A stretch of DNA of 64,000 nt from Lepidodermella squamata (lineage: Eukaryota; Animalia; Gastrotricha): the NCBI GenBank assembly GCA_047495785.1, contig JBLDXI010000028.1, positions 1,426,001 through 1,490,000 on the forward strand. Reading direction: 5' to 3'. Position numbers and translations under genes: made by a program. The notes below the pieces were generated by a model. That model was given only the letters and a program-made list of their open reading frames with translations, had not been told where the DNA came from and did not search any database. This document shows, one piece after another, positions 1 through 11,809 of the stretch. Within the stretch, counting starts at the first letter, position 1. Every line of letters begins with the position of its first letter.

Positions 1-297
1 GGAAAGTCAGGAATAAAACACTTTTCCTTTTATATCAGATGCCTGCTTTCATTTTTCTCATCAAGGCGCGATATCAATGTCGTGTTCTGCGGGGCGAGCC
101 TGGCGAGCTGGAACGGAATGGAACTTGAATACTTGAAATGAAAATGAAAAGAAAAAATACGTAAAAGTGGGAAATATTGGATTGTCGGCCAGGCATTCAA
201 AAGATATATGACCTCGCAAAAATATCGCAATTGTTTTCCTATTAATCATTCTTAGGTATGTATCGTCAAATTGTTTCACTCGTTTAGTGGATTCGTA

Positions 298-1056
298 CCG
301 TAACGAGTGGTATCTTTGGACAAAGCGTGCTTTTCGAACATTAAAAATCAGCCTTTACTTCTAAATTTCTGAAATTCTCACCAAAGATGGGGACGGTGAT
401 TGCTGAATTTACTGCAAAAAATTTTCAGATTTTTGAGAATTTTACCTGACCTGTGGCAAATTAAAATGTGTTCCGGTAACTTTGGACAATTAGAGGGTAA
501 TTTTGGACGCTCATTTGCATATGCAATTTCATTGCAATTTCATTGTGAATAATCAGTTTCTCATGGATTTGTAATTAATTTAGGGTCAGATTTTGAAAAA
601 ATTATGAACAGATGGCGCATCATTTGTTTTGCAGAAGTTCAATAAAAATACTTTTCTGAGCTGCCGCATACTTATAGCGTCCAAAATTACCCCATTTTCA
701 CCTGTTTTTCAGGTAAACGCCCTGCTAAAACGCGTCGACGGATTGCCATTTTTTCTTCGATTACAGGGAGAGTAAAGATAGGAGATTACTCATGCTAACT
801 TTTATTTAAAACTGATCGATTATTAGAAAGATAGAAGGGGGTCCCAAAATGGCACCCAAAGTCTAACTGCTTGTAACTTTTTCTGAAATCCGATTTCAGC
901 TCCAATCGTCTTGATTTTTATTTCAAACGAAAGGTAAAGAGACGGATAATTTCATGCAAAAAACCCATGATTTAAACGTTCAACCCTGAGAAGATGAACA
1001 CCTGCAAAGCCGAGAGTGTCCAAAGTTACCGTGTCCACAATCACCACACGTTACGA
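298..1056. mobile_element. Non-autonomous DNA transposon (MITE), Tc1/mariner-pogo-like, TA target duplication
   Basis: Imperfect TIRs CCGTAACGAGTGGT..TTTGGACA (298-) and TGTCCACAATCACCACACGTTACGA (-1056), flanked by TA on both sides. Internal inverted pair GGGTAATTTTGGACGCT (~495) / AGCGTCCAAAATTACCC (~676). Absent at the equivalent site of the duplicated block (~2395-2410). Confidence 0.75.
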
Positions 1057-1338
1057 TATAAAAAATTGCGAAAACGAGGGGCTAGCTGAATACTCATCAC
1101 ATATGGGTATTCAGTGGTCCGTGAATTCACCTCAAGTTTGGCGTTCTATCTTGTTATACTGCTCGTTAACAAATTATATTATCCCATAATTTCCACTGTT
1201 TACATCGTTTTTCTTCCTATACCAGGGTCATATTTGAGCAGCCGTTCTGAGTGCTGTTCGAGTTGAGAATTTGGGTTTCCCATCATTCGTCAAATTTTCT
1301 TTTCAAATCATATTCAAAACAAGCTTCTCTCTTCAACA

Positions 1339-1594
1339 ATGGTGAAATTTGCAGCAGTCTTGGTTCTTCTGGTAGGTTCTTTTTCGCTCGAAATTGTCAA
1401 AAGCTTCATCAAATTATCGTTTAATGCAGTTATCTTCAGCCATTATCGCCAATGCCGAAATCGAAGTAGCTGAAACGCAGCCGAGCAGCCGCAACGCTGA
1501 GCAGCCGCAGGAGGCAGCACGTGTACAATGCCCCCCGCATACTCGAGAATTTTGCTGTAATGACATTTGCGTTTGTTTCTCTAATAGAAAGTGA
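1339..1594 (+). CDS. Small secreted Cys-rich prepropeptide, copy 1 (exons 1339-1371, 1430-1594)
   Basis: Spliced product MVKFAAVLVLL|LSSAIIANAEIEVAETQPSSRNAEQPQEAARVQCPPHTREFCCNDICVCFSNRK*. 58-nt GT-AG phase-0 intron; signal peptide, acidic pro-region, Cys-rich tail. The paralog at 2650 has the same intron. Confidence 0.75.
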
Positions 1595-2011
1595 TGATTC
1601 GATGCCAATTTGCCGCCAGCGAGTGCGAGATAAATGTCGCGAGGAGAGGGATGTATTTAAAAAATCGTGAACAATTGTACTGAGAATTCGAGAAATAATT
1701 GATTAAATTGACTGGCAGCATGTTTTTTGTTAAATTTGGCGAGATGTTACCTACGGATCTATGAAAGCAAGGCGGCATGCGGCATGCAGCGTTGGGCGTT
1801 GCGACGAGGCGAATAAATTAAATTCGTAAAGGCGAAGTAATTGAGCATTTCATATGAGTATTTGCCATCATCAGCATAGCAAAACATTATCTTTATTCCA
1901 TCATTTTTTCCTATTAATCATTCTTAATCCTCTATTCTCTATGTTAATCCTATTCCTACATGCGCATGGTAAAATCTAGCCATTGGGAATTAAGCAATCT
2001 TGGATGGCTCA

Positions 2012-2115
2012 GAATACAGAAACACTTTTCTTGTACGAATGACTGTATTCATCTTCGGTTCCTGCGGAACCTCGATTCATACAGTCATTCGTACAAGAAA
2101 AGTGTTTCTGTATTC
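2012..2115. repeat. 37-bp-arm inverted repeat inside a probable MITE (~1930-2360)
   Basis: GAATACAGAAACACTTTTCTTGTACGAATGACTGTAT (2012-2048) is the reverse complement of 2079-2115; the motif recurs at ~2250-2300. The insertion is absent from the paralogous flank at ~255-265. Confidence 0.7.
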
Positions 2116-2649
2116 GGAGTAAATCCGAGATTGCTTTTCTCCTCTGTATCTGCTAAAAACTCGGAGAAGCGTTGCTAGAAAGTGCGGGAAAAAGTGATCT
2201 TGTACGCCATTTATATAGGAAAATGCGAAAATAAAAAGTCCATCTTAATAAAAGTGTTTCTGTATTGTACAGGAATACAGAAACACTATTTCTGTATCGT
2301 TTTTTAGCCTCAATCATAGGAGAAATTTTATTTCTCCATGGCTAGCCATAGAGTATTCCCTTATCATCAAATTGTTTCACTCGTTTAGTGGATTCGTTTA
2401 GGGTGAATATAAAAAATTGCGAAATCGAGGGGCTAGCTGAATACTCATCACATGGAGCCAGCAACGGCAGTATGGCGTAGAAGTATGAAAAATGTGGTAT
2501 TCAGCGGTCCGTGAATTCACCTCAAGTTTGGCGTTCTATCTTGTATTTGCCCAGCAGTCAGAACATTCTTTCGAGATGAGCAGCGCTTCTCACATCATTG
2601 GCTATCTTTTCGTTTTGAAGTTTTTTTTCTATTATTTTCAAGTTTGAAA

Positions 2650-2882
2650 ATGCTTAAATTTGCAGTTATTCTAGCTCTTCTGGTACGTTTAATTGCTCAT
2701 GTATAAATAAAATGTTGGTCTACTATTATTTCGCTTAGGTGTCATCAGCCATTTTCAGCAATGCTGGAGCTGAAGCTCAGCCAAGCAACCGAGAACTGCC
2801 ACAGCCACAGGCGCGCCAAGCAGATCGTAAAAAGGGCTATAAATACAAATGCAGGATAACGTGCAATTGCGTGAAGGCCTGA
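2650..2882 (+). CDS. Small secreted Cys-containing prepropeptide, copy 2 (exons 2650-2682, 2739-2882)
   Basis: Spliced product MLKFAVILALL|VSSAIFSNAGAEAQPSNRELPQPQARQADRKKGYKYKCRITCNCVKA*. 56-nt GT-AG intron at the same position as copy 1; upstream region (2408-2545) homologous to 1057-1155. Not in the ORF track. Confidence 0.72.
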
Positions 2883-2945
2883 TAGCTGCTATCGCACGAT
2901 ATGAGCAGAGGAGGATGAGTCACGTGAGAGGCAAGAGATGGGCAG

Positions 2946-3369
2946 AATTCGTCGCTAAAAGTCCTATCTCCATCAAAAATCGAAATTGGGTTTTTCCAGT
3001 TCACGTCCAGATCACGACAAAAAATGGCGATGACTCAGTGCGGTATTCGATGCCAAGTGAGTCGGCAAAAATCGGCCCAAAATGAATGCTTTCGTAAGGA
3101 CTCGAACCACAACCTTAAAAAAACACGAACAAAAAATGAAAAAATCCACTAAAAAGTCCTATCTGCAGCGAATGTCCTTATTGTGCAATAACGATGCGTC
3201 ACCGGTAAAAATGGCCGGCGCCATTCGATCCGCCGGGTTTGATTACCCCTATTTTTCACACCAGTGACATTTTTTAATGAATATTTTGGAAATAAAGCTG
3301 TTTTTTCGAATAATCTCGAAATGAATTGTTTTGGAGATAGGACTTTTAGCCGCACTACAACGACGAATT
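2946..3369. mobile_element. MITE-like element
   Basis: Inverted repeats GCTAAAAGTCCTATCTCCA (2954-2972) / TGGAGATAGGACTTTTAGC (3332-3350), plus outer AATTCGTCG/CGACGAATT; no coding capacity. Confidence 0.6.
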
Positions 3370-3766
3370 GTCAAATGAAGGCTTCAAAAAACGATAATAT
3401 CAGCTGCTTTAATATCCATTTGTTTATCAAATAATTTTGCTGTGCGTGCTGCATCACTACATTTCCTTTGGTTCAAGTTAGCAAATAGGTAGCTGGGACG
3501 CGGTTGTGTGATGAAAGGAAAATTTCTCTCATGTCGCGGGGTGGCCCACAGATCAGCTCGCCTAAAATAGAAACAGCATACTATTGCTTTTGATGCATTC
3601 GGTTTTTTCTACCGATCAACCATGCGAATGGCATGGCGAAGGTGAAAAAGTAACTATACTTGAATCGACCGTAACAGTCTAGCTTACTCTCCCAACCTCC
3701 AAATTGTTTCCTTTGTAATGCGATGGATTGGTAAAACCTCCGCTGGGCCAAGAAAGTGCTCCATCT

Positions 3767-3848
3767 TGGTTCCGTCGCTGGAACTTGAACCCAGTCCCGA
3801 GCGATAGTACTCAGATACGCACCGCCCCAATTGAGCCACCGCGCCTCC
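3767..3848 (-). mobile_element. tRNA-derived SINE head / tRNA pseudogene
   Basis: Minus strand reads GGAGGCGCGG-TGGCTCAATTGG (A box)...GGTTCAAGTTCC (B box) at tRNA-like spacing, but acceptor and anticodon stems do not pair. Confidence 0.5.
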
Positions 3849-4020
3849 GTAATATCAAGATTGCGAAAAACATTTCCGATTCCATGTTAACAGTTTTATT
3901 GAGTGAAGATAGCAGAAACCGCATCGGTGTTCGAGAGCCCAACAGCTATTGCTCGTCCTACCTTATTAGGGGAGAAGTGGGTGGCTTCGCCGGTGCTTAG
4001 CATGCAGTGTCCTTCCGCAT

Positions 4021-4088
4021 CTTTTTACAAGCTGCTTGGCGCCATTGTGCCTGTGTGGCAGTTCTCGGTTGCTTGGCTGGGCTTCTGC
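4021..4088 (-). pseudogene. Inverted third copy (fragment) of the secreted prepropeptide family
   Basis: Minus strand GAAGCCCAGCCAAGCAACCGAGAACTGCCACA...GCGCCAAGCAGCTTGTAAAAAG nearly matches exon 2 of copy 2 (~2773-2834), with an indel; no signal-peptide exon recognised. Confidence 0.55.
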
Positions 4089-4743
4089 TGCTTTCCTACA
4101 TCTACAATGCTTCGTTCGTGCAAGGTTCTGTTCCTTCTATATGGAAAAAGGCTGTTGTGATCCTTAAATCAATCAATCAAGTCGCTTGTCAATTTTTTCC
4201 AGATTTTTCATTAACAATTGCTTTTATGACATCTGCTATTAAATATCGGTTGCTCTTAATGCGTTGATCTCAAGTAGTTGCTCTTAAATCGCGCTCTCAA
4301 AGAACCATGATTAGGCTTCAGATTGAAAGCACGATTGAAAGCATTGATGATTCGTGGAATTGAACCATCATTTTTTCCAGATCGCAAGGCCCAAGGCAAT
4401 TCGTATTTTTTATCTCGTTAGTCATTAATTTATTCCATCATGATCACATTCAGTCAGTTTCATAATCGGTTGGTTTTTAGAATCTACCGATTATCCGCAG
4501 CACTTTGCGTCATCCCCTCACGTATTGCCACCGAGAAATTTACTATCAACACGGGGATCAAACTGGCTGCGCTAACTTCACAACTGGATTTATTGATAAA
4601 CATGTTTAAAATACAAAATATTACCCTGCCATAGACAAGTTAAATTTTAATCAACCCAGCGTCCAGGGGTGCATACGTATCTGACTATATTATTCCTCTT
4701 TTTCGAATACTGAATCATTTGGAACTCTGCCATTTGCATAGAT

Positions 4744-5967
4744 ATGATCCTCAAAGTATTTGCTATAGTTATCACTTCTTTTCACTCAATAATTGCCTCC
4801 GGCGCCGAGGTGAGCCGATGGGCTTCAACTAATGCACCCAACGATTTAGTCATTGATAGAAGTTCAGAGCTTCTCCGAGCTTGCCCTCACTTCCGCCCAG
4901 CAATCTATACTCCAAATTGTTTAGATGGCCGGATATCCAACCCCGACGATTGCAAAGTAACGCCGATAAACATAGTTTTCAACGTCTTGCGCTTTCAAGG
5001 CATCAATGATGCTGATGAAACTCTGGATCTATCAGCAAGTTTAACCCTTGAATGGTCCTTATCCTGTCAGAACTATAGGAAAAACGATTCTACTCTGTTC
5101 TACATCGATGAAAGTCTATTCTGGCGTCCGAAGATGCATCACAAAAATGCAGTTCTAAGTTTCAGTCTCGGAGACACGTTCACCAGTCGCATGTTTGTTA
5201 GCTACGTACCAAATAAGGATGCTCCAGAAAACGAGACCATTAAATTTTCTTGGCAGCGCATTGGAGTGTTTTCATCGCACTGCCCGATGGATTACGCTGT
5301 CTTTCCGTTCGACAACCAATCTTGCATCATTGCATTTGTGATGCAGGAACACCACAATGCCTCTATTTTTACCGTCTCGAATTCCAGTTTGGTCGATGAC
5401 GCTTTCATGCCAAGTGTTGGGTCAAGCTGGAAATATGTTTCATTCAGCTACTCAACCGGGACCGTCGATATTTCTGGGGCAAGAAGCTTGGTTATCTTTC
5501 AGTTGAATTTCAAACGAAATCCTTGGTACTTTATCAACAATCTACTTGCGCCAGTATTGGTCCTGATGAGCTTGGACATTGCTGGGTTGATAATGCCGCC
5601 TAATATGCCTGATAGACCTGTATTTCAGGTGACTATACTATTGGGACTAACTTTTTTCCAGGGTGAAATTCTCGCTAGAGTTCCTCAGAAATCACAGAAA
5701 ATCCTGCTGAGTAACTTTACGGACAACTGTACTCTCCTTGCCCTAGCAATCACAACATACTCGTTAGTTAGTCTCGCCCTAACTCGAACTTACAAGGAAG
5801 TTTTTCGGAGGTTGGTCAGTTGGAAAGTTGGATCGAGCCCTCTTCGTTGCCCGAGCATTTCATACAGTAGATTGTTAGATTTGATTGTAGGAGGCCTCGC
5901 TTCCATTGCACTAATCGCCATCTCCTTAAGTGTCTATTTCGTAGCAATAGATAAAGCATGGATATGA
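4744..5967 (+). CDS. Divergent intronless Cys-loop (pentameric ligand-gated) ion channel subunit
   Basis: Signal peptide, loop-A WRP, Cys-loop CPMDYAVFPFDNQSC (C-x13-C), pre-M1 FKRNP, four TM helices, M2 PDRPVFQVTILLGLTFF, very short M3-M4 loop; same family as the 46.9-62.9 kb array. Confidence 0.9.
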   Translation: MILKVFAIVITSFHSIIASGAEVSRWASTNAPNDLVIDRSSELLRACPHFRPAIYTPNCLDGRISNPDDCKVTPINIVFNVLRFQGINDADETLDLSASLTLEWSLSCQNYRKNDSTLFYIDESLFWRPKMHHKNAVLSFSLGDTFTSRMFVSYVPNKDAPENETIKFSWQRIGVFSSHCPMDYAVFPFDNQSCIIAFVMQEHHNASIFTVSNSSLVDDAFMPSVGSSWKYVSFSYSTGTVDISGARSLVIFQLNFKRNPWYFINNLLAPVLVLMSLDIAGLIMPPNMPDRPVFQVTILLGLTFFQGEILARVPQKSQKILLSNFTDNCTLLALAITTYSLVSLALTRTYKEVFRRLVSWKVGSSPLRCPSISYSRLLDLIVGGLASIALIAISLSVYFVAIDKAWI

Positions 5968-5981
5968 ACATGCCTTTTAGC

Positions 5982-7042
5982 CATAGATAAAAAAATACTG
6001 AAGATATGACACTCGCGCGTGCTTCCTGTTATGCCTTTTTGCAGTCAAATACACAGTATTGCAATTATTTCAAAAATTAATTAAAAATAAACATCATCCT
6101 CCAAAAATTACGGGAAAATTATTGCTTATTACTTGATTTTTTTGACACCCGCTGATATAATTTGCAGGCAGCGATTCCACATGTAACCTAGGGCTATAAT
6201 TTTGGATTTTGTTACTATTTCTAGCCCTGTTGCCATGGCAACGCTTGGAAATCCGGCGTGCGACTTGTGTTTTTTTCCTAAATCTAATTCATTTTTGATC
6301 ACTCTTTCACCTTGGAGCCGTGGAAAATGCAGTGCGTTCTCTTATTATTTTGTTTTCAAAATTTGTGTCCGAAGCGAAATGAATTCATGCTTCTTTTATG
6401 CGTTTTATGAGTTGATCCAGTCATCCAGTTTTATGAGTTGATGGCATTGGGCATGTCTTGAGCTTCGGCAAAAAAAGAAACCAAGGCATGTCCAATGACT
6501 TTCGAATTGTCACTGGACAAGCTGGGATCTGGGATACCCCGAAACCTTTATGGTTGCTACGTGAGCAATGAAGTCGAAATAATCCTTCCAAAAGGAACCG
6601 ACTGAGGATGTGGCTGCTTATTTTATGACAAGAATGTTAACGCTAAAGCATAGATGAATAAAGACTGTATTTATGCGCTAAAAGTAAAAAATTAAGAGCA
6701 AAATATTAGCGAGATCGCACTATTTGGAACGTGCCGATATGAAATCACGTAAAAAACAGTAGTGGTGAGAAAATTGTGAATGAAAAATGTCGAAATTTCG
6801 GTTTTTTGACGACTAAAAATTCAAATTTCGGTACCGCGCGCTCAAATTTTGTGATAAAATCATGCGAAAAATTACGAATTTTCCATAATTTTTGCACCGA
6901 AATTCGAGATGGATGTTTTGGAGAAAAAAATTGTCGAAACTTTCGCCATACATTTGTATAGGGTCCAAAGGTCGCGTGATTTTATTTTCACATAACAGGG
7001 CTAGATCGCGAGTGTCATATCTTCTATATTTTTTTATCTATG
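5982..7042. mobile_element. Non-autonomous DNA transposon with CATAGA...TCTATG termini and 8-bp TSD (P-element- or hAT-type)
   Basis: TIRs CATAGATAAAAAAATACTGAAGATATGACACTCGCG / CGCGAGTGTCATATCTTCTATATTTTTTTATCTATG; TSD CTTTTAGC at 5974-5981 and 7043-7050; inserted 14 bp after the channel stop codon. Confidence 0.85.
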
Positions 7043-7859
7043 CTTTTAGCTGTTCCTACTGATGAGTACTGAGAAAATAAAACTGAAGGTTTTTTGAAGG
7101 TTATGAAAAGCTTTTTGAAATAGCTTTTCGATGGAATGCCTTCATTGCCATATTCAGCAAGTGAAAATATTTTGGCATGAACGCCGTTTTGCAGTTATTT
7201 TGCGGCTGGAAATGCCAAATGTGCGAAATGCGGCAATGCCGATGTCTAATGGTTCACATTTTTATGGGCTTGAACTCTGTGTCGTACTCCGCTAGTGGGC
7301 TGTTATCAAACCCTTTTAAAGCTGGAACGACCAAAATAGCTGGAAGTGAATTCGGCTTGAATAACAGTTAAAACTCCAAGGTAACTAGCTGCGACGTTAG
7401 CGTCGGGAAAATGGCTAGTGCTGCAATAAACCGGGTTTTCTCCCCCACACGATCGCAGTGCGCATATGAGTGGGGAGTAGGTCTGATGACGGTAAATCGG
7501 CTTTTCGGCCAGGTATTCAAGATAAAGGATCTCGCAAAAATATCTTTGTCATAGAACGATTATCGGTCGGTAATACGAAATGTGTTTTTTATGCATACTG
7601 GGCAAGAAGAGTGAATACCGAAAAATCAGGCAGAACCGGAAACATGGTAACTAGAAGTCCAGCTTCGGAATTCATGACAGAAATGAAATGGAATAAATAA
7701 TATATAAAAGCGGAAAAACTCGATATCATATCGTCCCATCGATATCATCCAAATCTCACGCCAGTAATTAAAGCTTCGAGAGTATCGAATATCGAATATA
7801 TTAATTGCCAGTTTTCTAGTTCTCTGTGATCTTTTATGCTGTACATATTAGGTAATTAC

Positions 7860-10844
7860 TTATTCCGTAAGTTCGATTTCGCATATGAACCATGACAATA
7901 CAGAGCACGGCAAGTCAGTCCAACTATCACCGTAACCCCATTGGCCAATGTGACCACAGACGATGCCGTTTTCTTTTGTCTTCCAACTCCAGCGAGTGTA
8001 ACTAAATTCTTCGCCATTTATCCAAGTGTAGTTGTCCGGCCTTGTGCCCATGAGGCCTATATGAAATCCGAATGCCGGGGTCGTGTTTCGCCCTGAGAAA
8101 GAGATTCATAGAGAATAGCTAGCACATGAGCGTAAACACATGAAAACCCACTGAAGAATTGCATTATCAGACCTGTAAGAAACGCGTGTTCTTCATTTGA
8201 CGTTATTGCTACCAGATGCCAGGAATTCGAGGCGCAAATCGCAGCAGCGTCCGAGAAGCTCTTCATCAAGCGGTAGATTTTGTAGCAGCTTCCGCGGTAG
8301 TAGTTTTCACACCCTCGAAAACGCAGAAAGAATGAATCAATCATTGAACACTTGTTACACAAAACATTGAGCGCAGAAATTGATGCAAAAGAAAAATGTA
8401 GTAAATAACTACACCTCTATAACCTCGTTACGTTCTCCATTTCTTTATTAAAACTACTTCCGTTTCAAGAAAACCGTTGAGAGGCCCGAAAGAACTGAGA
8501 AGTGACTTCTATTTCGGTTTCTTTGCAAAATTTTGCCCATCCGAATTTACTGCGGGATCAGCGTGGGGTGAAAATAATTCATTTTAAGAATTCAAAACCA
8601 ATGAATTAAGTCAACGCGGGCTTGTTTCTAATATTGTTTCTAAACCAATTACAAGCTTACATGAATCGACAGGCATCGAGCACAAAGCATTTGCGGTGCT
8701 GAACAGCGTTTCGGCCGTCCAGCTGTAGCCGTCCTCCTGCATTGGATCATACGTTAGAGCTGCATATTGATTAGCATCGCTGGATATATCCACATCGTCA
8801 CTCCAATCAGTTTCCGCTTTGAATATCAAATTGTTAACTAGGTTTCCACTTTTTTGACGAAAGTAAAGATTACCACACATCGGCACGTCGCATGTTTCGA
8901 TATCGCCAGTGTCATCTCGAATACACCAAACGCCATCCTCGCTCACTGACGGGTCAGGATTTCTGCAATACGAGTGATCGGTGTGTTGTTCAGGGAAATT
9001 TCGCCATTGCGTAACGTAATTAGTCGAAGCCCAGTTTCTGCATGGCGTCCCGGATGATGTGATCGATAGCTGACCCATGTATTCAGCTCCTGGTGGGGTG
9101 AGACGACACGTTGTTGGCCATGATTGCGACGTCGCTGCAAAATAAAAAATCGTTACATTCGATATATATATTCTAATAGCAAGGACTGACGGGTCTCGCA
9201 TAAGGGATATCGATTCGAGCTGCAGGTCAAATCGCTCATGTAGGTACTGTTAGTTTGGTTCGTACCAGGACCGACCATGACAGCGCAATTCTTCGAGATT
9301 CCCCCGTTGGTATATCTAGGAGATTCGAAGTTTTTAAGAATAATGAAAATCGATTTGTGGAGATCGAAGGAAATAAGTTAAACGTACCCAGCTTGAAAAG
9401 GCATCTTATCGTAAATTGGATCAGCAAGGTCTTCTTTATCGTATAACGTTTTAAATACACCCTCGACATCAGCATCAGTCATATCAATATACATTGTTGC
9501 ATAAATGCCACCTCTGCCCACTAAGGAGTACGCCATCAGCGACTTCTGGCTGTGCTCCACTGGGCGGTACAATATTCCACCCGTCTGGCGGCATTGAGCT
9601 TGAGCCAAAGTCCACGCCATTCCCACGGCATTCCAGACGAGACAAGTATCGTGGTAGCGCATGCCTTTAATACACGGTGAACTGTCAATATCCTTCAAAT
9701 AGTACAGAGAATCGTCCGCCGCCGCGCTGTAATTTTTTGATCCGGTCAACCCCGAATAAATTCGACATTGATTGTTTTGACTTGGCGTGTGAACATAACC
9801 TACACAGTCGACTCGATTTCGACACAACTGGTAGCAGTCGTATCGATTGAGACCGTATGGAGGCAAATACATGTATGGGTCAATTCGGATACCGAATTCC
9901 AGAGACGGTGGTCGACGATTAAAATCTTTTTCATAGGTCCAAAGGTCGGCTGAGAGGCTACCGTTCGCAAAGTTACAAGTTCGTCGCTTCAATGAGCAAT
10001 CAAATGTACGGTGATTATAGGTGAAGGACACGCAATCTTCTTTGTACGATTTGTCACATTTAGCTGCGCATTCTTCCAACGTAGCTGATATCGGCTGCGA
10101 AAGAAGATCTGAACCTTGGCACTCGCCACGAATCCTTACGTAACCCGAGAGCTCTAGCCGCCGAAATTATTTTAGATTGGGTAGGAGGTTCAGGAAATAG
10201 GAAATAGGATATACCTTGAACTGGCCTCGGCCAGAGTTTGTTGTCAAATTTGAAGTAGCCCGTCCACCACTTGCTTGTAGCCGGGTACTTTTCACTCAGA
10301 ATCTCGTACAACGAATCACGCTGCGCCGCCGACTGAAACGTCACCATTTCCGACATGTGCGCTTCGTCGCAGACCTTCCAAGCAAGAGGTCGTGTCAGGG
10401 TTTGTGAACTCATTAGATAGCACCTGAGGGAAGTGGGATCAGAGACCCATCCGTAAGGACACTGCGATCTCTATAATTCCAAGTTATAAACGGCGGAGCA
10501 ACAGGGTCTGAGGTTAAACTAACGCGAAAGTTCATTGTATACATGCCATTATCGAAATCAGTGGATAGTTCCGGCAGCGGGTTAGTCACATTCTGATGTT
10601 CGAAAAGCTTGCAAGTCCCCAGCTTCTCGCTGAAAGCAAAACTAGTGCATTGCTCCCCATATTGTTCGCAGGTTGATGCGCATTCGCCTTTAATTTGAGA
10701 AGGAAATTCTTGGAAAGCGTCAAGTTGGCTTGGCAACTTGTTGTCGTGTTCAGGAAAAGTCAGCCATTCTTCGCACGAAGTTCCCACTGAAAGAAACAAG
10801 AAAAATGCAAAGCTTTTTACGGAAAATTCCATCGCGCTAAACAT
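7860..10844 (-). CDS. Secreted mosaic protein: PAN/apple, C-type lectin and kringle domains (multi-exon)
   Basis: Signal peptide; PAN motifs (CASTC..C.SF, CAAKC..CVSFTY, CYQLC..CVGY); CTL motifs (CPYGW..CY, W..A...C, WTDLPC..FICE); kringle (YMG..S..SG.PC.NW, HSYCRNPD..WC). The ORF pieces join in frame through GT-AG introns, e.g. 10471-10523, ~10154-10214 and ~8313-8660. Confidence 0.82.
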
Positions 10845-11809
10845 TAAAATTCATGTTTCAACACTGCTGCTGTTTTCGTGTAAAAAAATTGGTTCCCCCA
10901 GATCGATCAGCGGCAGGGCGAAATGGGCTGCCAATCTTTTTTACTTTTGTTGGAGATTCGCGCATTGATACGTTTCTCGGCAACAAGAACGAACTTTGGA
11001 ATTGATTAAAATAGGTGATAGCAACAACCCGGAATGTCTTTAGGTAACTAAAATCAATTACAGAGGTACTGACTGAATATTAAATCTTTGGCATGTTATA
11101 AATAAATTGTTTCTCCATCATTGAATTGAATAAAATATTCCCATAATTCTACAATAGTTGCACCATAACGGCTCCGGTCTTCTTTCCCAAGTAACACGAA
11201 CCAACAATATTTCTAATTGGAATTAAGATCTTGGACCTAAGACTTTATGGATTCTAGGTTCAAACTATAGCTCAGGAAACTAGAGGTTGATAGTTCGACT
11301 CCAGTTGACATCATTTTATTACTTTTTTCTCAGTTTGGAAGTTTTTCATAGTGACGAAATGACGAAATGACAAAACTACCGCAGTAGCAAAAACTTAAAA
11401 GTTCAGTGTTTTGATCACACGTTTTGATCACGTGGGTGCGTTTGATCTTTGACCTGCAAAACGGAAGACGGAAGTATAATGCTATAAGTACAAAACACAT
11501 TCCGTTACTAACTCTACGGGCCGGAATGTGTTTTGTTCGTAAAGAACATCAGGTTGAATATTCTGTTTCATTATTGGACAGATTTAAGCTTGGAAATCAG
11601 AGCTCTTTGGCAAAGTCAAGATGAAATATAAAAATTGAGAGTTTTCCTCTTAAATTAAATACAAGTTTCTGTGAAACCAGGAGACGGCGAAAGGGAAAAC
11701 ATATTCCAAATGCAAAGTATCTAATCCAGCCGGTAATCCAATTTTTTTTTTATTTCTAAGTCATTGGTTAACATTGGAAATAAGAATCGTCAAAATAACC
11801 ATCCGAATC

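Noticed and set aside
3767-3848. Functional tRNA gene
   Set aside because: A and B boxes are present but the cloverleaf stems do not pair; treated as a SINE head or pseudogene.
10060-10530. Frameshifts or pseudogenisation in the lectin/PAN gene
   Set aside because: Frame changes are explained by 50-60 nt GT-AG introns that restore the domain motifs.
11255-11315. tRNA-like fragment (TAGCTCAG...GTTCGACTCC)
   Set aside because: Box spacing is too short and no stems form; at most a degraded relic.
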